Positions 12,874-27,869 of a stretch of 64,000 nt of DNA are shown one piece after another. The notes below the pieces were generated by a model. That model saw only the letters and a program-made list of their open reading frames with translations, made no database searches and had not been told where the DNA came from. The position numbers were made by a program, and so were the translations under genes. Position 1 is the first letter of the stretch; each line of letters begins with the position of its first letter. This DNA comes from Flaccisagitta enflata (taxonomy: Eukaryota), in the NCBI GenBank assembly GCA_965153355.1, contig OZ231126.1, positions 13,206,001-13,270,000 of the forward strand. Direction: 5' to 3'.

Positions 12874-13479
12874 CTTTTTAGTATAAAAATAGGTTATTCC
12901 ACGAATTAAAGTTATCAAAATAACAAAACTTTATAACTTTCAACCCCTTCAAAAGTGAACACAAATGTGTTTTGGTAATCTCATTCATCTCGATACTTAG
13001 GTGGGAATCCGTTAGTTTGAACTGGAAGCAGAAAAGAATGAACGATTTAAGACTTAGCTAATTGGGAGGTGAACGCGAGGAATCGAGGGCGCGTGTGGGT
13101 GGGCAGGGGCACTGGGCAGTGATTTCACTTTCAAGCACACCAACAGACACACCAACAAAGTGAGTTATAGAATCGCGTGAAGTCACTGAATAAAAAACGT
13201 GACAATTTCTGTGAACGATTCATCTTTTGGTCTTTCAATAGGTCAAGCGAGATCTGTGTGTCTTTCTGTCCCTTCAAGCGTTGAAGAAAAAAGATTGAGT
13301 TTCTCGGGAAGGAGATTTTTGGATCTTTCTCTCTAAAAAAGTAATTTCGCTCATTTTCTCATTTTCAGCCTTTGTTTCAACTTTTGAACTCACCTTCTCT
13401 CACTCACCTCACTGTGTCTCAGCTCCTTTCATCTGACCTCACCAACCATGATTTAACTCACATTTCCTTATCTTACTTT

Positions 13480-13504
13480 TTTCTTCTTCCAGCTCTTCCT
13501 CTTC

Positions 13505-13535
<31 letters not shown>

Positions 13536-13649
13536 TTCTTCTTCTTCTTCTTCTTCTTCTTCATCTTCTTCTTCTTCTTCTTCTTCTTCTTCTTCTTCTT
13601 TTTCTTCTTTTCTTCTTCTTCTTCTTCTTCTTCTTCTTCTTCTTCTTCT

Positions 13650-13684
<35 letters not shown>

Positions 13685-13694
13685 TTCGTCTCCT

Positions 13695-13726
<32 letters not shown>

Positions 13727-13868
13727 ATTTTCATCTGCTACTTCTTCTGCTTCTTCATGTTGTTCTTCGTCTCTAAATTGCTCTTGTTCTGCTTTTTCTT
13801 GTTCTTGTTCTTCTTCTTCTTCTTCTTCTTCTTCTTCTTCTTCTTCTTCTTCTTCTTCTTCTTCTTCT

Positions 13869-13900
<32 letters not shown>

Positions 13901-14214
13901 ATCTTCTTCTTCTTCTTCTTCATCTTCTTCTTCTTCTTCTTCTTCTTCTTCTTCTTCTTCTTCTTCTTCTTCTTCTTCTTCTTCGTCTTCTTCTTCTTCT
14001 TCTTCTTCTTCTTCTTCTTCTTCTTCTTCTTTCTCTTCATCCCCATCCTCTTAAATCGTTCCGCCTTGATTGTCGAAATCCTTTTTTGTGCATGAGTTTT
14101 CTTTGTCCTTTTAACCAATTCCACGTATCAATGAGCTTCCTTCTTTTCTTTCTTTCTCTCTTTCTTTTTTTTTTTCCTGCTCTCTTTCTTTCAGACTTTT
14201 TTTCTCTCTTTCTG

Positions 14215-14274
<60 letters not shown>

Positions 14275-14340
14275 TTTTTCTTTCTTTCTTTTTTTTTCTT
14301 TTATTCTTTCTTTCTTTCTTTCTTTCTTTCTTTTTTTCAC
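13480..14340. repeat. Compound (CTT)n/(CTTT)n microsatellite block
   Basis: Read directly from the sequence. Confidence 0.95.
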
Positions 14341-15028
14341 AATTCGTTGATGCTTCACCTACGGCGTATTATTTCTGCGTCATCGCATTCCGTTGTTGTT
14401 TTCGATAACGATCCTTGCGTCGTCGTCGTTGTCGTCGTCGTCGTCGTCGTCGTCGTCATTGTCGTTGTCGTTGTCATTGACGTCTTTGTCGTCAGCGTCC
14501 CATTGCATTGACTCTTTGTTTTCATATGTCGTAATTGTGATGATTGTTGTTGACCGCCTTCTGTCGATGTTTCTTCACCACGTTTTTTTTTCCCCCCTTC
14601 ATTCTTCCTTTTCTGACTGTAATTGGCCCCATGTATGTATGGGTTTCCTCTCAAATTCGATTCCCTATTCCAATACCTACTCACATCCCTACCTCTATTC
14701 TCTCCCCCTTCCAAACTACCTATCCACATCCCTACCCGATCCACCTTTCCCTTCACTTCAATCTTACCATCTTCAATACTCTTCCTTCAAACCCCTTATT
14801 TTCATTCTGTATTCTTCTCTCCTTTCCCTCCCATTTTTCTATCCCTTACTTCCATCCTGACTTTTCCCTTCTCCCTTTTTCGTCACCATCCTCATTCACC
14901 TTTAGATACCCCTCCATCGTCACCTGCAACGCTTTCCATGCCATGGTAACTAATATAGATTTTCAAAACCATAAACTGCTAATTAGCTAAATAGCTTCTT
15001 TAGTATCAATGCACAATAAGGCAAAGAG

Positions 15029-15330
15029 AAACAAGGTCAACACTTATAAGTCGCGTGCGGGACATAGATAACTTAGGATGACTTTAATTGACCATAAATG
15101 ACTCAAGATGACTTGAAATGACTTAAAGATACATGAAATGATGTAAGATAACTTAAATGACTAAATTGACCTAATAACTTAAGTGACTGAATATAACTTA
15201 AAATGACTTAGGGTGACTTAGGGTGACTTAGATTGACTTAGAATGAAACAAAATGATTTAAAGTGATAAAAAATAAAGTTTGACGGACGGACAAAGCGGG
15301 TTGTAGAGTCGCGTTTACGCGACTAAAAAC
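15029..15330 (-). mobile_element. HINE, subfamily with internal ~10-bp gacttaaaat repeats (as 55232-55524)
   Basis: aacaagg...agtcgcgtgcgg at one end and gagtcgcgtttacgcgactaaaaa at the other. Confidence 0.75.
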
Positions 15331-15524
15331 CGTTACGAGTTGACGGATCGGATATGGAGATAAGTCATTTCTCAGCGCACACGAAAAGCGCGCATTTCGG
15401 ATTATCACACGAAGCAATTTTTTACAACCGAACATGAAATCTTTCGTTTTGGGTTACATAATACATATGTTACATCGCTATCTCGCATCATCTTCGCTTC
15501 TTTTTTGTTTTTCGTTCTCCGTTC

Positions 15525-15745
15525 TTTTTAGTCGCGTGTTACGCGACTCTACACCCCGCTATGTCGGTCGGTCGGTTGGTCAGTCGGTCAGTCGGTTGGT
15601 TGGTCGGTCGGTCCCCTTTATACTTTTTCGGCGTTTTTGAGCTTTTTGAGCATACGGCTCCTGCCCAGATGCTGTAGTGACCTTCTCCAGCACTGCTCCT
15701 GCCCACCCGCACGCGACTAGGGTAACCGTGTGTCCGGCCTTGTTT
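15525..15745 (+). mobile_element. HINE, apparently full length
   Basis: tttttagtcgcgtgttacgcgact hairpin, (GTCG/GTTG)n, 3' subTIR cacgcgact, and ccgtgtgtccggccttgttt. Confidence 0.85.
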
Positions 15746-16289
15746 CAAAGAAAACCATGACCAAAAATGACGTTTGAATAAGGCCTTGAGGCCACGTTCC
15801 GCATTGCGTCAGTCCTCAATGGGACGAAAAGAATCGGATTATTTTTCGAATGAGATTAGGGGTGCCATTTTATTCCTTCCTTATTTTCCTCTCTTTTTTC
15901 TTCTTCTTTTTTTTTTCTTTTTTTTTTGTCCTCCTGTTTTCGTCATCTGTTGTCTCTTCTTTTGATTCTTTTCTATCTTAATTCTTATCCTTGTCATCTT
16001 TCATATCTGATTAAGGACTTTGTTGTTACTAAATCTGGTTATTTCATTTTGCTTTCTTTGTTGTGACGCCTCTTTGTTATTATAGGGAAAAAAACAACTG
16101 ATCTTTCTATTTGTCTTTTCACGAGTTTCTTTTGTCCTTGTCTGTCCTTACAGTGTTTGTCTGTTTTGTTTTCTTTGATATCTGTTATATCTGCCTTTCG
16201 TCCTCCTCCTGACATCTCTGTCTATCTGTCCGGATGTTTGTCATCTCTGTTTTTGTCTCTCTGTTTCTTTCTGTTTCTGTCTCTCTCTT

Positions 16290-16361
<72 letters not shown>

Positions 16362-18917
16362 TTTCCTCTTTTTTCCCAATCTCTTTTTCTCTTTGTGCAC
16401 TTCTCTCTCTGACTCTTCTCTGTGATTCTTTTATTCTTTCTCCACTGCCGTTAGTGAGTGAGATGGTGAAGATATGGTTTTTACCATCTCTCCATATAAA
16501 TCGTTCATGCCATCTCTCTTGATGCTATCTTTTTGCCTCTGACTCTTTCTCAATCGCCTTCGATTCAAAGTCGCGCGTGCATAAGAATGACTGAGCTAAA
16601 CAAATGTGAGTGCGTGTCTACGCTGGTAGACAAAAAATGGCGTATTCTCTATGAAATTGCGCTTAGTAACAACACATCCACTCAATCTCTCTCTCATTCT
16701 TCTTCGTCTCCCTTTCTGGCTGTCATGTTCACATTCTGCAGGAACTCCTTTTTTCTTCCATATGATGTCGATGGTGATTATTGTTGATGGTCGCTACGAT
16801 GAAGTGTGACTCTCTCTTATTCAACGGGACCGATTACGATAGGTTCTCGTTGACCAAGAGCCTTATTGGTCTATTTCCATATTCATATGTTCACTGAAAA
16901 ACATGTTGAGCCTGACACAATGATGAATTGAGATTTATCGAATTCAAAACATCTTTCGTGAACCGGTGGTCGTAAACTGGTGGTCAAACAGTTTGGTCCT
17001 GAAAGGGAAAATATTGAACTCTAGTTACGAAATGCACAATCGACGATACAGTGGGTTCATGCACTGGAGAATAGATTGAAATGCTTGCCCATTGTGGTAA
17101 TAGCCCACAAATGCAATAAGACCAAAGCTTTACATGGTCTGCAGTGCAGTATGCCCCCCTCCGTGAGCAATTGTGGAGACTTTGACGCGAACGGGGCCGG
17201 GGCCCTGAAAGTATTAGGAGTAAGGAATTTGATTTTGATATCTGGATTTGACTGAGGCTGAGAATTTGACTAAGAGGCTAAACTTTCGACCTGAATACTG
17301 AAATTTGGGTCTCGAGGCGGTGAACCATTTCACTGGAATTGTTTTCATATTACACTTTTTTTTATTTCTATAAGAGACATTCTTTTTTGAACTCACCCTG
17401 GTTTCTCTTAAATTTTTTGCCGTTTTGAGGCTCGATGTCTCTTGAATTGTTCTTGATTTTATCAATGTGTAAAAAAAGCAAAAAAGTGTACAGATACATC
17501 ATTTAATAATGTTCTATGTGTCTGTAGTAAAAAACTTGTTCATTACTATAGGTCATTGAATTTTTTTTTTCTAATTTGACAAGCAAATAGTCTTTTTTAG
17601 AAAAAAAAACTACCAATTTAAAAAAAATTTGAACAACTGTCATTTATTTCATTACGATTCTTGAAGTGATTTTGTCAAATATTTCCAAAACTGAATCTCA
17701 GCCTGGGCATTGTCTTATTTTGTTCTGAAAATTTTGGCAAATCTCAGGCTCATGTCTCTTATAAAAAAGTCTCTTATGAAAAAAAGGGTCCGGTATACTA
17801 GCAATAGTGGATAGACTTACTCTTCCTTGCCATTTGATGGATAGACAACCATTTCATACAAATTTTCTGATGGACTTGTCGACAGGAAGGCGTGACGAGG
17901 GCGTTACGAAGGGGTTTCAGCTCGGGCGCTGTCATATAACATTGAATCAATTTGAGACTTAAATCGTTTCTTAGCCTCGCCATTTGTTCTTCCACGGCAA
18001 TAATGAAAAGCGCGTGCAAATGAGGGAGCAATTAATCGCTTCCACTTCATCGCTTCCGCCGCTTCCACATCATTGCCTCGAATAATCGCGCTTCCGCCCA
18101 TTCGTGCCTTCAGTTGCTACCACTTGCTTTCCTTGCTCACTTCTGCCCTTCCGATGCGCAGTTACTACGGCTTCCTTACATTACTCACTTCCGTATCTTT
18201 CTTTTATTACGCTCGCGCGGAGTCACTCTGCCAATTTGCAGTCCGCAGCCATCTACTTGTCATCTGTCTCGAAGTTTCCTCACCGTCTCCTACTCCTCCT
18301 CTTCCTCTTACCCCTCCTCCTCCTCCTCTTTCGTCTCCTCCTCATCCTCCTTCTGCTCATTTTCACCTTCCCCTTCCCATTTCCTAATGCAGTCATTCAT
18401 TCCATTTTTACGCAGTGAATTTCAGTCGTATAATTTATAAGCATATATCTTCCCTTGAAGGTCCTTTCTCTCTCTCTCTCTTTCTATCTTTCCTCAAATT
18501 CACCCTTAGTTACTTTCCTTAACAACGAGACATAAATCTCCCACTCAAGCCCCCGCCTCATCTGCCACTGCTCCTCCTCCTCCTCCTCCTCCTCCTCCTT
18601 CTCCTCCTCCTGCCCGCCTCGACCAATTTCACTTTCCGCCCGCAAAATTGACCCCGCTTGACCGTGCACAGAACCGTAAGCTTCTACCCCTACATATACG
18701 CAACGATGCAGACGATGATGACGACGACAACGACAACGACGATGACGATGACGTTGATGACGACGACAGTCCACGTTTCCACCCCATAGACTCTCTCTCT
18801 ATCTCTATCGCACTCTTATCTGCGTTCGCCATCGATACTCTGTGGTCAGAATTAGAAGGTGATTCTCTTCGTATCCCCTCTAATGAGTATTGGGTCACTT
18901 TAGCAAAAAGGATTTAT

Positions 18918-19096
<179 letters not shown>

Positions 19097-19367
19097 TGTT
19101 TGTGTGTCCTGTGTGTCCGTCCGTCTGATTATCTGTCTTTCTTTCTTTCTTTCTCTCTGTCTGTCTGTCTGTCTGTGATTGTGTTTCTCTTCCCGCCTCT
19201 CTCTGTTTCTGTGTGTCCATCTGTTTGTCTCCCAGTCCATTTGTCCTTCCGATGGACTCGTTTGCCGTGAAGGCATAATCACCATTCATCCGCTGCCATC
19301 GACAATTAAGCTGAATGAAGATCGACTCGAATTTATTGCCTTGGACAATGATGCTCGACCCATTGAG

Positions 19368-19830
19368 AAGATGAAGATGAAGAAGAAGAAGAAGAAGAAG
19401 AAGAAGAAGAAGAAGAAGAAGAAGAAGAAGAAGAAGAAGAAGAAGAAGAAGAAGAAGAAGAAGAAGAAGAAGAAGAAGAAGAAGAAGAAGAAGAAGAAGA
19501 AGAAGAAGAAGAAGAAGAAGAAGAAGAAGAAGAAGAAGAAGAAGAAGAAGAAGAACTGAAGAAGAAGAAGGAGAAGAAGAAGAACTGAAGAAGAAGAAGA
19601 AGAAGAAGAAGAAGAAGAAGAAGAAGAAGAAGAAGAAGAAGAAGAAGAAGAAGAAGAAGAAGAAGAAGAAGAAGAAGAAGAAGAAGAAGAAGAAGAAGAA
19701 GAAGAAGAAGAAGAACTGAAGAAGAAGAAGAAGAAGAAGAAGAAGAAGAAGAAGAAGAAGAAGAAGAAGAAGAAGAAGAAGAAGAAGAAGACGAAGAAGA
19801 AGAAGAAAAAGAAGAAGAGGAAGGAGAAGA
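19368..19830. repeat. (GAA)n microsatellite, about 450 bp
   Basis: Read directly. Other long SSRs: (GA)n 18922-19094 and 28100-28268, (CAA)n 20989-21176, (GTT)n 22789-22980, (CA)n 23876-24184 and 28620-28993. Confidence 0.95.
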
Positions 19831-20285
19831 AGAAGGAGACGATGAAAAAGAGAGAGAAAAAGAAAAAAGAAAAGAAGAGAAAAATGAAGAAGAAGTTGTG
19901 GAAAAGAAAGAAGGAGAAGAAAGAAAATGAGCTAAAAAAATGATGAAGCAGGAGAAAAGGAAGTAAAAGAAATTGACAAAAAAAAAAGATCAAGAAAGAA
20001 AAACTAAACAGAATCAGAAAGCGAATGAAAAGCAAGAACAAGAACAGGAGCAAGAACAAGAACAAGAACAAGAACAAGAACAAGAACAAGAACAGGAGCA
20101 GGAACAGGAACAAGGACAAGATGAACAAGAGGAGAAAGATAAAAGAGAAAGAGAGAGATGAGGAAGAAAGAGAGAGAAAGAATGAGATGTCCAAAGCATT
20201 GATAATATAGCGGAAGTTAATGTAGACAGCGGCTACGGCAGATTATATCACAAACTTTTATGCAAGTAGTCGATCTATCGACTTG

Positions 20286-20399
<114 letters not shown>

Positions 20400-20988
20400 C
20401 GGTGGTGGTAACTGCTGACCGAATCATCGATTACGAGATGAGCATCTATCCATCCGAACCCTCCCCCCCCCCCTTAGCCTCCCCCCGCCCTTGAACCATG
20501 CAGTTAGAAAGTGAACAGGCGTATACAAATTCATCGTCCGGTCATCAACTATATTATCGACACTAATATACTAAGAAAACAGAGACATTGACCCCCCCCC
20601 CCGCCCAACAATGCACTCATTTGATCTATGCATCTTTGAACCTATCCATCCATCTATCTTTATCCATCAACCCATCGATTCTTCCGTTTGTGAATCCATC
20701 CTTTCTATCAAAACATCCATCCGTATCCATCCATCCACCCATCTATCTACCTCTCCCTACATCAGAAAGAGAGAGATTGAAAGAGAGAGAGAGACTTGAG
20801 TCTGTCGACACTTGATGGCGCCAAAGAAGGAAAAAGCGTCGAGTCGTGATATCAACAAATGAGAATTTGTTTATAAACAAGGAAAGAGGAAGAAGAGGAA
20901 GAGGCAAAGGAAGAAGAGGAGGTGGAGAAGGTAAAAACACATTACGAGCGGATGCGTCGAAAAAAGATCATCTAGGGGAATGTTCAAG

Positions 20989-21087
<99 letters not shown>

Positions 21088-21088
21088 A

Positions 21089-21169
<81 letters not shown>

Positions 21170-21626
21170 AACAACAAGAATCAGTGTGTAAGCAAAGAAG
21201 TAGAGTCAGATATACAGGTTGAGAGGTCCCGAATGAGCAAACCAGCCAACAACACCCCTCTCCCCCCCCTCTACCGCAGTTAACTTTTTATGCCAGCATG
21301 CAGTGCAGGGTTCTCCAGTCCAGTTGTGCATCCAGCATCCACCTTTTCACCCTTAGCCCTAAGGCTAAGGTATCTTAAACGTTGGCTTAGTCCTAGGGTA
21401 TGTTTCTGTTTCACTTGTTCCCTTTTCTCCTTGCCCATCCGATTTCGACCTGGTTTTTTTCCCAGTTTGAATTTCTGCTCCTTCTTCCTTCCTTTCTGTT
21501 TTGTTCCGACGGATTTTGCAGTTTCGCTTTTTCTACGTCGGTTTTTGACGACTTCCTGAAGACGGATTCGATCAAACTTCATCTCCTCGACTGTTTCCGT
21601 TAAACTTATCACGTATCGTCCGCTTT

Positions 21627-21684
<58 letters not shown>

Positions 21685-21976
21685 TGTTAACCGGGGGAGT
21701 CTTCCCGGGCTTGATAAGCATGAATCGGCATCTGAATTTCAGAGAGGCCATGCGATCCACCACATTGGGCCATGCCATTGGATCATTTTGTGTAAGACTC
21801 CTGTCGATGTCATGTCAATGTGTTGTCTGCTTCAACCACAAGGGGAGCTTTATTTCAATGATAAACACACGCTAAGCTAGGAATGCTACGTCTAGGAGGG
21901 AATGCAGACGGGGATCGATCCCGCGGCCTTCGAATCCGAAGGCAAGAGCCGTAACCACTCGGCCACCACGCGCCCC
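21627..21976 (-). mobile_element. tRNA-derived SINE with a (GAC)n tail
   Basis: Minus-strand head GGGGCGCGTGGTGGCCGAGTGGTTA (A box) ... GGGATCGATCCCC (B-box-like), a unique body, then aacaac(gac)n. Confidence 0.75.
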
Positions 21977-22789
21977 TTGTCGTTGTAATCGTCGTCGTTG
22001 CTGTTTTGGTTTCGTTTTTCTTTTTGTTTTGTTTTGTTAGTTTTCTTTTTTCAACAAAACAATATATCGATACAATATCGCCTTCTGTCATTTGTCAATT
22101 CAACGTATACTTTGTGTCGCTCCTCCACTCTGCATGTCCCTACCCTCCCTGTCTCCTACCCCCCTGTCATTACCCCCCTGTCTCCTAACCCCCTGTCATT
22201 ACCCCTCCTCACAAGTAAGCACCTATTGTTACCGGCGGGATTGTTTCACCGTGTCCCACTCTGGGCGCCCGAGCGCCCTCCCGGGGTGCTTACAAAACCA
22301 ATAACAAGCAGAAGCAAAGACTTTTTGATAAGTAAGGCAACCTTCATAGTTCAAGCGAAGTTTATATGGCAATCCTAAACCGACTTAATCGTCCCTTCTT
22401 CATTCCGATGAAGACGAAAAGTATTCAAGTTTTGACGCAGGAAAGACTATCCAAATGGACACGTTCCCGCTAAAATTTCGCTGTTTCAATAGCTACATCG
22501 ACAAGCATTCAAAACGTTGCGGGCAGATTTCTTGGAACGCCAAAAACAAAGGGTTAAGAAATCGCCGCAATATGCAAATTAAATAATGTGGTTAATCGTT
22601 TACTCGATACAGTTTCGCCTACAATCAGCGCCTCCACTGTTGCCACGATTGGTGCAGATTTAAAGATGATTTTGCGGTCCCCAAATTTACGGGAATCAAG
22701 GGTACTTCTGTAGTCGTAGATTGTTCAACTAAGTAAAGAGAGAAACGGACGGGATAGGTACAGTTAGCAATTTAGCGAAAGGTAATTAG

Positions 22790-22827
<38 letters not shown>

Positions 22828-22829
22828 GC

Positions 22830-22980
<151 letters not shown>

Positions 22981-23091
22981 AACATAGATGTGTTGCTTTT
23001 TAGTCATACGCACCTTACTAAGATAGATACATTGGCCCGTCAGTTTATCGATAAGTTGATGTGTCGGTGACAGCTTCAATTTCTTATCGAT

Positions 23092-23351
23092 TATTAGTCG
23101 CTGGTTAAGCTACAATATAAGAGGATCTGTCCGTATCTAGGTTGGCAGGTATGTAGTTAGGTAGGTAGGTCGGTTGAGCGAAATTTTGGATGATGCAAAA
23201 TTGACTGAAATAGTGAATTCTGACCACTACTGCTCCTGCCCAGCCACATTACCGCCCTCGCCCTCCTCCTTACTGCCCGAGTCCACCAGCGTTAGCATAT
23301 TAGTGCCCACCCGCCAGTGACTACTTATTGGCCGTATATCCGGCATTGTTT
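23092..23351 (+). mobile_element. Degenerate HINE
   Basis: tataagaggatctgtccgt, tetranucleotide tract and ggccgtatatccggcattgtt end. Confidence 0.65.
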
Positions 23352-23379
23352 TCTTTATTCACTGGTCGAAAAATACAAG

Positions 23380-23700
23380 AACAAGCCCGACCGGGCAAAG
23401 ATGCGTCCGGGCTGTGTCTCAGCGTGTATTGATCATGTGACATATGTATGGAGAGACAGATGGACGGACAGACGGGTGAAAAGACTCTCAAAACATGTTT
23501 GTTGATCATTTGTTTCAGTGTAGGATCTCACCGTGGCCAAAAACAGCCGAGAAACGCGGTTTTTGCACAGGCGTAACGGACGGACCGACGGACGGACGGA
23601 TGGACCGACGGACGGACCGACGGACGGACGGACGGACCGACGGACGGACGGACGGACAGACCCTCTTATAGAGATGCGTTCCTGACGGACGCATCTAAAA
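23380..23700 (-). mobile_element. HINE, gatgcgtcc-subTIR subfamily (as 33266-33543)
   Basis: aacaagcccgaccgggc stem, gatgcgtcc/ggacgcatc subTIRs, (GACG)n and a ctaaaa end. Confidence 0.85.
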
Positions 23701-23874
23701 ACGAAAGTTTCAGCATTGCAGGTATGTAGATTCTTCCAAGCTGCCGAGTAGCAAATATTTTCCTCTGGAATCTGCCGACATCACCAATCTTGTCAACAAC
23801 ACATGCACATAGGCACGCACTCACGCATGCACATACATAGTCGCACATATACATACACGCACACACAAACGCAT

Positions 23875-24188
<314 letters not shown>

Positions 24189-24543
24189 CACCATTATCGA
24201 TACACCGCTCAAAATCAGATTGTGGTAAAACTTTAGAAAAAAAGTCTGTGAAAGATTGTTGGAAGTTTACATCGATTAAAAAACGCGTTTATATCCTTCT
24301 CATCTAAAAACCATATTGTTGCCGTGACCCAACTAATCCATTCTCTCCTTGCTCTTTTTGGGCTACAGGTCTCTGTCTCTGTCTCTGTCTCTCCGACACT
24401 ATATCTGTCTCTATCTCTATCTCTATCTCTATCTCTCTCCTTGCTTTTTGGCCTACGGGCGATCCAAAAACTCTTCAATCACCAAAACATCAAGCGTCCG
24501 TTGCAGACCTCCGCTACCACCGCCATATTTCAACCATCAAGTA

Positions 24544-24576
<33 letters not shown>

Positions 24577-24734
24577 AACTCTCGAACTCTCGAACTCTCG
24601 AACTCTCGTAGTAGTTGACCCATGTTGACTTAGACCCTTTTTGACCTTTTTTTCTTCTTTTCATGCTTCTTGTTTCTTTTCTATGTGGTTGTTTTGATTT
24701 TTCAGCCTCAAAACTGAAAACCACCTCTTGAGTG

Positions 24735-25081
24735 AAACAAGGCCGGATACACAGCAACCTCAGTCGCGTGTCCGGACAGGAGCAGCATGCGCAAAAATCC
24801 CATGAATGCCAAAAAGCAAATTGTGACGGACGGATAGACGGACCGACGGATGGACAGACCCACAGAGCGGGGTGTAGAATCGCGTAGCACGTGACTTAAA
24901 AAGATCATTTTTAGTCGCGTGCTACGCGACTCTACAACCCGCTTTGTCGGTCCGTCGGTCCGTCCGTCCGTCCGTCCGTCCGTCACAATTTACTTTTTTT
25001 TGGTTTTTTTTTTACAGTCTTTGGCCTCACTGCTCCTGCTCACTGCGACTGGGGTAGCCGTGTATCCGGCCTTGTTTTTTT
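24735..25081. mobile_element. Two HINEs head-to-head (24735-24902 minus, 24907-25081 plus)
   Basis: Mirror-image 5' hairpins either side of gatca; each has a ggccggatacac-type 3' stem. Confidence 0.85.
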
Positions 25082-25412
25082 CAAATGTCGGCTCTACAGC
25101 ATTCGATCCACATAATCGTTACTTGTATACCCTACTTTGAATTTTAATCTAGGACATTGTCTGTCATTGGTAGTACTCTCTTTTACCTGGACCGCATTCA
25201 ATAATCAACATCGCTGATTCCAATTTAGAAATGATTCAAATATTTCTTGACCAAGTTGCAGATCTGACTTCAGGGGTATCGCAGGCAGCTTTTGATTATC
25301 ATCATTTGCCTCCCTCTTTTGTAAAATACTTTTCTTTTCGGCGACCCTCGGACAAGATTTGGCCATATTGACCCGTCGATTGCAGAAAGAAGGACGCACG
25401 CAGCACGTCGTT

Positions 25413-25516
<104 letters not shown>

Positions 25517-27049
25517 AAGGAAAAAAATTGTCATAAAGCATGCGAGCATGAAAGTATGAGAGCATAAGTTCACGTTTTCGTAACTGGCATCAGATCGTTG
25601 CTGATATGGTCATTTTTCGACCTCTCATTTTTGGCATTGGTGGGCTCGAGGCGGAGGCGGCGGTGGCGGCGGCAGTGGCGGCGGAGGCGGCCTTTCGAAC
25701 CCCGTAAAATTTGACCAAGAGGCCACGAAACCACTCAATCTCTTTTTATTGCAGAAACATTCGTTTCCCTGCCTCCAATTCAGACAAGTGGAATTTAGAT
25801 CCAGGAGAGACTGGCAGACAGACACACAGACAGATTGGGAGGGAAAAACCGACATACTAGTAAAATTTAACCCCAACGGAAACCGAATGGAAAACAGAAT
25901 GACAGACAGGCAGACAGGCGGACATACAGACAGACAGATAGACAGGGAGACAGACAAAAGGACGGACTGAGCCAGACAGTCAGACAGACACAGAGACAGA
26001 CAGATAGACAGACAGACAGAACGACGGACCGACAAGTAGAGTCACAGAAAAATAGAACGCGAGGCAACTTTCTATTTAGGACCAGCACGAGGTTAAAGCC
26101 GTAATGACTAATGGCGTTTGTTGCACCAACCGTGAACACCATAGATCAAATCCAATAAAAAAAAACATTGATCATTGACTTATAAGTCGGTAATTCACAA
26201 CCGATTTGGGCAATACAGCTTTTCAAAAGGAAACAATACACCAACTTGGACGGTTATACAACCGAAGCAATTAAAAACTTTATACGAGCTGGTTTAGAGG
26301 ACACTAACTTGCCCGGAAAGACTACCATCAGTGGCTCCCCTTCTTTCTCGATTGGCAGAAGGCGCAATGCCTCCTTCAAAAAATTTTGTAAAATAATTGA
26401 CTGTCGAAATAGGATTAAAAGACCTGATTCGACTGATTACTGTGCAAATAGCGTTGTTTTTTGAAGCAGAAGAAATTACCATTTGAAACGGTTTATGGCC
26501 AAGAATTTATCAACTGATTTTTTTTTTAAAGAGTCTTTACACTTGGAAGGTAATACTCGTCAAATGGCAAAATCAACATTAAACTATTTCAATACCATTC
26601 AAAAACTTTCAACTCCAATTCAACTGATATCCCCCAAAAAAGACCTGTTTGGATGTAAACCACATTATGCAAATGAGTTATTTGTACTCGACTAACATTA
26701 ACGTCTTGAAACATGGACTTACAGGGAGGAATTTCCACGAAGGACTTCCCTCAAAGTGTACATATCAGTGAAAAGGGTGTTTACCAGAGTGGTATTACCA
26801 GAGTGGATTTTTTTAGGGGATAAAATAGTAGAGGTAATGCCTCCCTCAGATAACAAAGTAAAAGGAGTAGCCGACTAAATCTTTTTAAAAGCCCGTATAA
26901 CTGATTACTGTGCTTACTGACACTCCTTGAAATTTTGAAACTGACCATATAAAAGTCAGTACAATATTTTGGTGGTTAAATGCCAAAAAACAGCAATTTT
27001 CTGTTTTGATAGCGTTCAAACAAACATGCAATCGATTATCTAATAACTA

Positions 27050-27634
27050 CTACCTAGGAAAAAAGTATATCTACACCTGGGATACAATATGATTTAGTGA
27101 CCTAATATTCATTAAATCATTAAACAAAAAGTGTTAATTTATAGAATAACTTGTTTTTTAACGAAAAATTCTTATAAAAGTTTTTGGAAGCAATATTTAA
27201 AGCCATTCTAACTTATTATAGAAGATATGGTGTTATCACTCATAGGCAAATTTACAATTTGGGAAGAAGTTTATATTTTTATGTGCCATTTCTAAACGTA
27301 CAAAACCACAGAGACCAAGATGAGTTCATCTCATAGATTTTTTGATGTAGATAGTTTTGTTTTTTTAAAAATTGTAACAGCTGCTCTAGAAGCGGAGATA
27401 TGTTGATTTAAAGCTGTCTGTAATTTCTGCATTCTGCTGTATTTTATATTTTCTTGGATGTCTTTTACATTTTTGCTTGTAATTTCTAAACGGTTTAAGA
27501 TACATCGACCAGATTGGACTCATTTTGAAGATTTTTTGATGAAGTTTAATTTGTTTTTTTAAAAATCTATCTAGCATTTCTAGAAGCGGAGATATCCTTG
27601 GTAGAAGGTGTAGATATACTTTTTTCCTAGATAG
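27050..27634. mobile_element. Tc1/mariner-type MITE
   Basis: TA flanks; TIR CTA(C/T)CTAGGAAAAAAGTATATCTACACCT. Confidence 0.9.
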
Positions 27635-27869
27635 TATCAGGTCGGGTATTAACTACAATTGGCTAATGAGTTCTGTGCATTGCCTCGGTAATCCCACAGT
27701 AGGTCACGCAATCACTGAGAGGAAGCGCCGCCAAGGTCTTCCCACAAAGACTACATAATACTGAACAAGCTGTGAGTCAGCGAAACCCTTACAATCTTTT
27801 TGTCTTTAATGAAAATGGCTCGCTACTTACGCCACTAGGAGTCGTGGTGGGAGGATATTTTCTGAAATA

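Noticed and set aside
17798-18101. Possible minus-strand exon ending at a GTAAGT donor near 17820
   Set aside because: No convincing acceptor, no recognisable protein and no second copy to test codon conservation.
21572-21800. Terminal exon resembling a fibrinogen-domain C-terminus (SLKFRCRFMLIKP)
   Set aside because: It lies within the SINE body and runs into the (GAC)n tail; no upstream exons were found.
21900-21976. Functional tRNA gene
   Set aside because: A and B boxes are present, but there is no acceptor stem or canonical anticodon loop, and it continues into a body and repeat tail typical of a SINE.
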